DNA of 64,000 nucleotides, taken from assembly GCA_025060295.1 (NCBI GenBank), contig JANXCH010000011.1:87904-151903 (forward strand), written 5' to 3'. The DNA is from Dehalococcoidia bacterium (GTDB lineage: Bacteria; Chloroflexota; Dehalococcoidia; Lucifugimonadales; HRBIN23). The translations under genes were made by a program, and so were the position numbers. Positions within the stretch are counted from its first letter, which is position 1; each line of letters begins with the position of its first letter. This document shows positions 57,493-64,000 of the stretch, piece after piece. The notes beneath the pieces are model-generated. The model saw only the letters and a list, made by a program, of their open reading frames with translations, was not told where the DNA came from and searched no databases.

Positions 57493-60312
57493 ATGGGCAG
57501 GGGGATACTTGTGCTGGACCATCCCGACGCCCTTCTCTCGCGGCCCTGGGTCGCCCTGGACCTGGAGACCACCGGCCTGGACACGGCCCACGACGCCATC
57601 ATTGAGGTGGGGGCGGTGCGCTTCCAGGGCGGAAAGGTGCTGGACACTTTCACCAGCCTGGTGAACCCCTATCGCCCCATCCCCCCTGAAGTGGAGCGCC
57701 TGACGGGGATCACCTCCCGCGCCGTAGCCACCGCTCCACCCTTTGCCCTGGTGGCAGGGCAACTGTTGGACTTTCTGGGCGATGCCCCTGTTATTGTGGG
57801 GCACAACCTGGCCTTTGACCTGGCCTTTTTGGAGCGGGCAGGAGTGCGCCCTTCAGCCCTGCCAGCGGACACTCAGGAACTTGCAGAGGTGCTGTTCCCC
57901 CGCGGCCCGTATGGGCTCGGGGCTTTGGCATCGGCGTTGGGCATCCCTGTAACCACTGCCCACCGCGCCCTGCCCGATGCCCTGACCACGGCGCACCTGT
58001 GCGGAGTCTTATGGGAGCGCTTGCTGGCCCTAGACCCCTCCCAAGTGGCGGAGTGGCGACGTCTGGCGACCCTGGGAGGGCGTCCCGTGGGGAGGCTGTT
58101 GGCCGTCGTGGAGGCCCTGCAAACCCAACGGGGCCTGCGCCCCCGCTTCGGCCCCGGGGGCGTTGATACCGACGCCCTTGCCCAACGCCTGGCCTGCCCC
58201 CCTGCGCCCAAAGACCCCCATCCCCCTCCACCCGCCACCGAGGAGACGGTGCTGGCTTTCCTGGAACCGGGAGGGCCGTGTGCCCGCCTTGTGCCGGGAT
58301 GGGAACACCGCCCCCAACAGGTGGAGATGGCCCGCGCGGTCCTGCGCACCTTCACCGAGAGAGGCGTCCTGCTGGCCGAAGTGGGCACCGGCGTCGGTAA
58401 GACCTTGGCCTACCTGGTGCCCGCCGCCCTCTTCGCGCTCCAGCGGGGGGAGCGCGTGGTGGTCTCCACCGCCACCGTCAGCCTGCAAGAGCAGTTGGTG
58501 CAGAAGGACCTCCCCCTCCTCTCCCAGGCCCTGCAAGCCCTGGGTGCACCCCCCGTGCGCTGGGCGCTCCTGAAGGGGAGGGGGCATTACCTCTGCCTGC
58601 GGCGGTTCAGCTATTGGCGCAGCGCCCCCACCCTGACTCCAGACATGGCCCACCTGCTGGCCAAAGTAACCCTCTGGCTCAACTCCACAGCCGCCGGCGA
58701 CCGGGGCGAGTTACGCCTCTCCCCTCGCCAGGCAGCCCTGTGGGGCGACCTGTCAGCCCAAGCATCCGTAGCCTGCCCGGACGGGCGGGGCCCCTGCTTC
58801 CTGGCGGCCGCCCGCGCCTGCGCTGAGGATGCCCACATCCTGGTGGTCAACCATGCCCTCCTTCTGCGGGCGGCAGCGGCGGGGGGTGGGCTTCTCCCCC
58901 CCTTCCGCTACCTGGTGGTGGACGAGGCCCACCACCTGGCCGACGAGGCCACCCGCCAGTTCGGTGTGCGTGTGGAGCGGAGAGGGGTGGACATGCTCCT
59001 GGAGCGCCTAGCGGGGCCCACAGGGCTGGCCCAGACCGCGGTGGTGGCCTACACCCCCTCCCGCGCCAGCCGCGAACGCCGCCAACAGACCGAGGCTGCG
59101 GCCCAGGCCTTACAACGGGCCGTGCACACCGCCCGCGAGGCGTGGGAGGCTTTGTGGCATGCGGCTGTGGCCTTCGCCCACCAGCACCGGGAGGGCAGGG
59201 GGGAGACGGGCATAGAGGTGGCCGTTACCCCCGAACGCAGACGGGAACGCCTCTGGGCCTCTCTGGCAGCGACCTGGGACCGCGTATACCCCGCGTTGAG
59301 GGACGTGGAGCGAGCCCTCCTGGCCCTGTTCGCCTCCCTGGAGGGGTTGCACAACACCGGTCTGGCCAACTATGAAGCCGTGCTGGCCGAGGTGCACAGC
59401 CGTCTGCAGGAGATAGGGGAGGTCTTGGCGGGCCTCACCACCTTTTTCGGCCCCCACCACACCGATACGGTCTACTGGCTGGAGGCCCAGGAGGGGGAGG
59501 GGGCTTTGGTGTGCGCCCCCTTGCAGGTAGGGAACCTCTTGCAGGAGCACCTGTTCACAGGTCTGGAGGGGGCAGTGCTCACAAGCGCCACCCTGGCAGT
59601 GGCTGGGGATATGCTCCCCACAGCCACCGACCTGGGGTTGACCGACGCCAAGCACCTGATCGTCGGCTCTCCCTTTGACTACCGACGGCAGGTGATGGTG
59701 GTGGTGCCCACCGACCTGCCCGACCCTGACGGGGCGGACTATATGCTGCGGGTGCCCCAGGTGCTGGCGTCCCTGGCGAAAGTGGCCCACGGGCGCATCC
59801 TGGTGCTGTTCACCTCCCACAGCACCCTGCGCCATATCGCCGACACCCTGCGCCCCCTCCTTGCCCCCCAGGGCATCCGTGTGCTGGCCCAGGGTCTAGA
59901 CGGCACCCCCCAACAGGTAACCGAGCAGTTCATCCAGGAGGGGAAGGCTGTCCTGCTGGCCACCGCCAGCCTGTGGGAGGGACTGGACCTCCCGCCCGGG
60001 AGCCTGAAAGTGGTGGTGCTGGCACGCCTGCCCTTCCCCGTGCCCACCAGCCCCCTCTTCGCTGCCCGCTCCCAGTTGTATCCAGACCCCTTTCACGACT
60101 ATGCGGTGCCTCAGGCCGTTCTGCGCTTCCGCCAGGGGTTTGGACGCCTGGTGCGCCGCCGCTCCGACCGCGGGGCAGTGGTGGTCCTGGACAGCCGTCT
60201 TTTGACCCGCTCCTATGGCCCCCTCTTTTTGCGCTCTTTACCCCCCTGCCCCCTGCAGCGCGTCCCCACAGCCAGTATCTCCCAGGTGGTGGGGCAATGG
60301 CTTGCCGGGTGA
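57493..60312 (+). CDS. dinG: DinG-family ATP-dependent helicase with N-terminal DnaQ-like 3'-5' exonuclease domain
   Basis: The N-terminus reads VALDLETTGLDTAHDAIIEVGAV...GHNLAFDLAFL...AHRALPDA (Exo I-III). The helicase part has EVGTGVGKT (Walker A) and VVDEAHHL (DEAH), followed by a C-terminal helicase domain. Confidence 0.85.
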   Translation: MGRGILVLDHPDALLSRPWVALDLETTGLDTAHDAIIEVGAVRFQGGKVLDTFTSLVNPYRPIPPEVERLTGITSRAVATAPPFALVAGQLLDFLGDAPVIVGHNLAFDLAFLERAGVRPSALPADTQELAEVLFPRGPYGLGALASALGIPVTTAHRALPDALTTAHLCGVLWERLLALDPSQVAEWRRLATLGGRPVGRLLAVVEALQTQRGLRPRFGPGGVDTDALAQRLACPPAPKDPHPPPPATEETVLAFLEPGGPCARLVPGWEHRPQQVEMARAVLRTFTERGVLLAEVGTGVGKTLAYLVPAALFALQRGERVVVSTATVSLQEQLVQKDLPLLSQALQALGAPPVRWALLKGRGHYLCLRRFSYWRSAPTLTPDMAHLLAKVTLWLNSTAAGDRGELRLSPRQAALWGDLSAQASVACPDGRGPCFLAAARACAEDAHILVVNHALLLRAAAAGGGLLPPFRYLVVDEAHHLADEATRQFGVRVERRGVDMLLERLAGPTGLAQTAVVAYTPSRASRERRQQTEAAAQALQRAVHTAREAWEALWHAAVAFAHQHREGRGETGIEVAVTPERRRERLWASLAATWDRVYPALRDVERALLALFASLEGLHNTGLANYEAVLAEVHSRLQEIGEVLAGLTTFFGPHHTDTVYWLEAQEGEGALVCAPLQVGNLLQEHLFTGLEGAVLTSATLAVAGDMLPTATDLGLTDAKHLIVGSPFDYRRQVMVVVPTDLPDPDGADYMLRVPQVLASLAKVAHGRILVLFTSHSTLRHIADTLRPLLAPQGIRVLAQGLDGTPQQVTEQFIQEGKAVLLATASLWEGLDLPPGSLKVVVLARLPFPVPTSPLFAARSQLYPDPFHDYAVPQAVLRFRQGFGRLVRRRSDRGAVVVLDSRLLTRSYGPLFLRSLPPCPLQRVPTASISQVVGQWLAG

Positions 60313-61163
60313 CGCGGGCCGTCGTACCCCTCCAGTCCCCTCTGGACCTCCAGACCACCCTCTTCAGCGGGCAGGACTTCCGCTGGGAGCCGGAAGGGGA
60401 CGGGTATGTAGGCTGGCTGGGGGATGCCCCCGTCCTCTTGCGCCCTGTGCGCACCGCTTTGGAGGCCCACTCCCCTTTGCCGGCGGAGGAGACCGCCGCC
60501 CGCCTCCGATGCTACTTTCGCTTGGACGACGACTTACAGGCAGTGCACCGCGCACTGGCGGAGGACGGGCCGGTGGCCCAAGCGATGCGGCGCTGGCAGG
60601 GCCTGCGCCTCCTCCGATTGGACGCCTGGCACGCCCTGGCGTCCTATATCTGCTCCGCGCAAGCCAACATCCCCCGCATCACCCGCATGGTGCACGCCCT
60701 GGCCAGACACCTGGGAGAACCTGTGCATTTCATGGAGAGGGTGCTCTGGCGCTTCCCCACACCCCACACCATAGCCCAGGCGGGGGAAGGGGTGCTCCGC
60801 GCCTTGGGTCTCGGCTACCGCGCCCCCCACCTGTGGCAGACGGCTTGTCAGATCGCCCAAGGGGAGGTGGACTTGGCAGCCCTGGCTTCCCTGCCCACCG
60901 AGGACCTGCGCCAGTGCCTCCGGGACCTGCCGGGCGTAGGGGACAAGGTGGCCGACTGTGTGCTCCTGCTGGGGTATGGGCGCACCGAGGCCTTCCCCAT
61001 AGATGTCTGGGTGCGCCGTGCCCTCCGGGAGGGCTATTCCATCCCCCCACCCCACACCTACAGGCGCTTGCGGGAGTGGGCAGTGCAGCGGTGGGGACAC
61101 TATGCCGGCTACGCCCAACTATACCTGTTCCACCACTGGCGCACCCGCAGGCGTCGAGGATAA
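60297..61163 (+). CDS. ogg: 8-oxoguanine DNA glycosylase/AP lyase (OGG1-type HhH-GPD)
   Basis: Reads MACRVTRAVVPLQSPLDLQTTLFSGQDFRW...SAQANIPRI...LPGVGDKVADCVLL...AFPIDVWV. It overlaps the dinG 3' end by 16 nt. The track start at 59973 is over-extended. Confidence 0.8.
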   Translation: MACRVTRAVVPLQSPLDLQTTLFSGQDFRWEPEGDGYVGWLGDAPVLLRPVRTALEAHSPLPAEETAARLRCYFRLDDDLQAVHRALAEDGPVAQAMRRWQGLRLLRLDAWHALASYICSAQANIPRITRMVHALARHLGEPVHFMERVLWRFPTPHTIAQAGEGVLRALGLGYRAPHLWQTACQIAQGEVDLAALASLPTEDLRQCLRDLPGVGDKVADCVLLLGYGRTEAFPIDVWVRRALREGYSIPPPHTYRRLREWAVQRWGHYAGYAQLYLFHHWRTRRRRG

Positions 61164-61217
61164 GGCATCGCCAACGGCCTTCTGGGAGAATACCAAGTGG
61201 AGAGCTAATGTAAGCGG

Positions 61218-61743
61218 TCATCGCCACAGACCTCGGCCGGCAGGTCGCCCTGTCTGTTGCCCACATTCACCGTGAGGCTTGTGGGACCCGGTGGGGCCTG
61301 GGCCACACCCCGCTCCTTTGCCCCCTGGAGGGTGCCTGCAGGCGGCCCACCGCCCTGAGGGGTCTTCCTGTCCCTGCCCCTGCAACTCTGCCTCGAGCGC
61401 TTCTACTGTCCATTCCACTAGACGGGGGCCAGGGCCGCATACTCCAACACCTGTCCCACCACCCTTCGGCGTCTCTGGGGGTTCTGGGGGAGTTTGCACT
61501 CCGTCAAGATCAGGCACCCCGTCGGCGAGGCCAGCAGCACATCCACCGCCATATCCTGCAGGTTACCTCTCGCGCTGAGGTGCACAGTTCCTTACCCCCT
61601 CACCGCCTCGGCCACCAAGCCGGGGTTTTTGGCGATAAGGCGTTGGAGCATATCCTCCTGGTGCATACCACAGTGAGTTCCGCCTGGCAATCCACCGGCT
61701 GCAGCTCCTCCGACGTGCCTGTGGCCGGGAAGTAACGGTAGAC
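61218..61743 (-). pseudogene. remnant of a PD-(D/E)XK (NucS/DUF91-like) nuclease gene
   Basis: One minus-strand frame reads HQEDMLQRLIAKNPGLVAEAVRG*GTVHLSARGNLQDMAVDVLLASPTGCLILTECKLPQNPQRRRRVVGQVLEYAALAPV*. This gives the D...E-x-K...Q..Y pattern with an in-frame TAA at 61594..61592 and a TAG at 61420..61418. Plausible flanking pieces (VYRYFPATGTSEELQP...; LVEWTVEALEAEL...) lie in other frames. Confidence 0.4.
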
Positions 61744-61761
61744 AGACACAACCGATCCCCT

Positions 61762-62802
61762 TTACCCCACCTGCAGCACCAGTTTTCCAAAGAAACTCCG
61801 GCTCTCCATCGTTTCGTGGGCGCGGCGGGCCTCGGCGAGGGGAAAGACCTTATCCACCAGCCCCTTCACCAGCCCCCGACGGGCCGCATCCACCACCTGG
61901 CGGAAGTCCTCCTTGTTCCCCATGCTCACCCCGAACACCATCACCTGCTTGCTGAACAGTTGCCCCATGTGCAACTCGGTGCGGTAGCCCGTGGTAACCC
62001 CGCACACCCCATAGCGCCCGCCCCGCGCCAGCACGGCATAGGCCTTGGGCCAGAACTCGGCTCCCACGTGGTCCACCACCATGTCCACCCCCCGTCCGCC
62101 CGTCACCTCCAACACCCGCTTCTCCAGATCCTCCTGGGTATAGATGATGACCTCGTCGGCTCCCAGGGAGCGGGCGCGCTGGGCCTTGTCGGGGGTGCTG
62201 GTGGTGGCGATGACCCGCGCCCCCAGCACCCGCTTGGCCACCTGGATAGCCGCCGTCCCCACCCCCGCCGAGGCCGACAGCACCAGCACCGTCTCCCAGG
62301 GCTTCACCGCCCCCTTCCGCACCAGCATGTGCCACACGGGCATAAAGGTGGTGGGCATAGCCGCCGCCTCCTCGTAGGACAAGTTGGGGGGGATAAGGTA
62401 GGCGTTGGCGGCAGGGGCCACCACATACTCCGCATACCCCCCGTTCACGGTGGAGCCTAACATCCCCCGGGAGGGGCACAGGTCGTCCTGGCCGGCCCGG
62501 CAGAAGTCGCACTGTCCGCAGGAGAGCACGGGGTCTAGCACCACCCGCTCCCCGCCCCTAAGGGTGCGCACCCCTGGCCCCACCTCCACCACATCCCCCG
62601 CAATGTCCAGACCCAGGATGAAGGGCTGGGGGAACTCCCGACGGGTGCCCCGCAACCCCGTGCGTATCCACACATCCAAACGGTTGAGGGAGCACGCCCG
62701 CACCCGCACCTTCACCTCCCCCCAGCCGGGGACAGGGTCGGGCACCTCCCCATAGGTAAGCACCTCAGGGCCACCGTGCTGTTGGATGTAGACCGCTTTC
62801 AT
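61762..62802 (-). CDS. zinc-type alcohol dehydrogenase / quinone oxidoreductase (MDR family)
   Basis: Reads MKAVYIQQHGGPEVLTYGEVPDP...CSLNRLD...GSTVNGGYAEYV...SASAGVGTAAIQVAK. ATG 62802 is preceded by GGGGGG 5 nt upstream. The track start is a GTG at 62805. Confidence 0.85.
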   Translation of the reverse strand: MKAVYIQQHGGPEVLTYGEVPDPVPGWGEVKVRVRACSLNRLDVWIRTGLRGTRREFPQPFILGLDIAGDVVEVGPGVRTLRGGERVVLDPVLSCGQCDFCRAGQDDLCPSRGMLGSTVNGGYAEYVVAPAANAYLIPPNLSYEEAAAMPTTFMPVWHMLVRKGAVKPWETVLVLSASAGVGTAAIQVAKRVLGARVIATTSTPDKAQRARSLGADEVIIYTQEDLEKRVLEVTGGRGVDMVVDHVGAEFWPKAYAVLARGGRYGVCGVTTGYRTELHMGQLFSKQVMVFGVSMGNKEDFRQVVDAARRGLVKGLVDKVFPLAEARRAHETMESRSFFGKLVLQVG

Positions 62803-62856
62803 CACTACCCCCCTTGCGGTCCTCTTGGGCGGAACAGCGCGGGGAGAGCCAGCGCC

Positions 62857-63600
62857 TTACAGGTCGGGCTGGCCCAGCTCCCGCCCAAACGCGCCCGTCT
62901 CGGCGATCTCCTCGCCGAAGATACGCAAGTTGCCCACATGGAAGCCCTCGGCCGGCCGATAGGCCCCCGCCCGCAGGGCCTCCAGGAGATCCTTCTCGTT
63001 GCGGATGGGGCCGTCAAAGAGGGTGACCCCCTTCCCCAAGCCGTGCACCGAGTGGGCATCGCTCCCCCCTGTGCCCGGCTTGCGCAGGCGGCGGCACACC
63101 TCCAGGGCGAAGCGGTTCTCCTGGTCGGTGTTGGCCCCGTTGACCACCTCCAGAGCGTCCACCAGGTCAAAGAGCATGTGCTCGCACGCCTCCCGGGGCG
63201 TCTTGGGGTAGCAACGGGGGTCCTTAAACAGGAGGTTGTGGTTATAGGGCGGGGGGTTGAACAGGTTGCGGAAGGGGTGGGCTGCCACCATATAGCCCCC
63301 CAGGGCCTGTACCACCTTCCGCAGGTCGCGCACACGGGTCACCCCAGGCAGGTAGCCGTCTAACCCGAATACGAGGATATGCCCGTAGTCGGTATCAATC
63401 TCCAAGGCGCGGATAAGGACGATATCCTGCTGGCGGGCGAAGCGTTCAAAATCGTGGCGGTCGGTCCATCCGCTGTGCTCCGTGAGGCATACACCCGTCA
63501 ATCCGATGCGTCGCGCCTCCCGCACCAGCTCCTCAGGGGTGAGGCTACTATCGCTACTACCCTTGGTGGTGTGCACATGCAGGTCAAAGATAGAGACCAT
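62857..63600 (-). CDS. PHP-domain metal-dependent phosphoesterase
   Basis: From ATG 63600 it reads MVSIFDLHVHTTKGSSDSSLTPEELV...CLTEHS...GGSDAHS. The listed TTG start at 63666 adds 22 non-family residues. Confidence 0.75.
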   Translation of the reverse strand: MVSIFDLHVHTTKGSSDSSLTPEELVREARRIGLTGVCLTEHSGWTDRHDFERFARQQDIVLIRALEIDTDYGHILVFGLDGYLPGVTRVRDLRKVVQALGGYMVAAHPFRNLFNPPPYNHNLLFKDPRCYPKTPREACEHMLFDLVDALEVVNGANTDQENRFALEVCRRLRKPGTGGSDAHSVHGLGKGVTLFDGPIRNEKDLLEALRAGAYRPAEGFHVGNLRIFGEEIAETGAFGRELGQPDL

Positions 63601-63675
63601 CGGTGGAATATCTGGAGCCCAAATGCACGCTTCCCTTATGCTACCGTAGGGGGGAGAAGGAGTCAACGGCAGCGG

Positions 63676-64000
63676 TCAGCCGGAGCCGTTGCCGCCACTG
63701 GCGGGGGCTGGACGGGGGGCCAGACGGGGCTCCCGCAGGCGCAGGCCCAGCAGAAGGGCAGGCACCATCATCCCCACCCCCACGATCCCCAACACCCCCA
63801 GCCCCAGGGTAGCCACACCCACCCCCAACACCAATGGCAACACAATGCCCGAGGCGTTGCTGAAGGTGTCGTTGGCTCCGATGGCACGCCCCCGCTCGCT
63901 GGGATGCACCACATCGGCGATGAGGGCCGTGGCCCCCACATTCACGAACGACCACCCCACGCCCACCAGGAAGGTGCCCGTGGTGATCACCCAGTAGTGG
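63676..64000 (-). CDS. MFS transporter, C-terminal part; the gene continues beyond the right edge
   Basis: Reads ...TGTFLVGVGWSFVNVGATALIADVVHPSERGRAIGANDTFSNASGIVLPLVLG.... These are hydrophobic helices containing an MFS-type loop motif. Confidence 0.6.
   Translation of the reverse strand, partial: HYWVITTGTFLVGVGWSFVNVGATALIADVVHPSERGRAIGANDTFSNASGIVLPLVLGVGVATLGLGVLGIVGVGMMVPALLLGLRLREPRLAPRPAPASGGNGSG

Overview
This is a high-GC (about two thirds G+C by eye), densely coding bacterial chromosome segment. Codon usage, Pro/Thr-rich linkers, F420-type LLM oxidoreductases and the actinobacterial-like pyr operon layout suggest a Chloroflexota-like or Actinomycetota-like thermophile (low-confidence guess).

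Gene content, left to right:
- (1) 1-15.8 kb: a divergently organised sugar-acid catabolic locus. It has three enolase-superfamily dehydratase paralogs, an IlvD/Edd dehydratase, an HpcH aldolase, an SDR, a peptide-type ABC transporter, an MFS transporter and a decayed LLM pseudogene. An ino1 fragment lies at the left edge.
- (2) cimA behind a T-box leader, then mutS, a small HAD protein and mutL.
- (3) An LLM oxidoreductase and two membrane proteins.
- (4) A 23S rRNA gene followed by tRNA-fMet, with no 5S and no 16S attached.
- (5) trxB, a Gfo/Idh/MocA oxidoreductase, and the pyrimidine operon pyrR-pyrB-pyrC-DUF3054-carA...carB. This has a PyrR attenuator and a 1.8 kb toxin-antitoxin islet (vapBC, HEPN/MNT, a decayed HEPN) between carA and carB.
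- (6) Housekeeping genes: nadE, a CMD-family protein, DUF502, an MshA-like GT4, GNAT, folE, CNNM, a histidine phosphatase and tilS.
- (7) A solitary 16S rRNA gene on the opposite strand with its own promoter, processing stem and terminator.
- (8) DMT, AIR-synthase-like, NHL, RidA and HIBADH-like genes, exonuclease-DinG, ogg, a decayed PD-(D/E)XK nuclease remnant, an MDR dehydrogenase, a PHP protein and a partial MFS gene.

The most unusual element is a ~670 bp stretch just upstream of the 16S promoter. It holds two tandem, diverged mini-cassettes. Each has a near-consensus promoter, a ~100-nt structured leader ending in a hairpin plus U-run, a 13-nt super-Shine-Dalgarno and a conserved 10-codon ORF (MKGKPAPKKK / MKGKPEPKKK).

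Many long ORFs in the supplied track are high-GC antisense shadows or N-terminal over-extensions and were not called. No CRISPR array, transposase or integrase was seen. All calls rest on reading the sequence and recalled family signatures; no searches were run.
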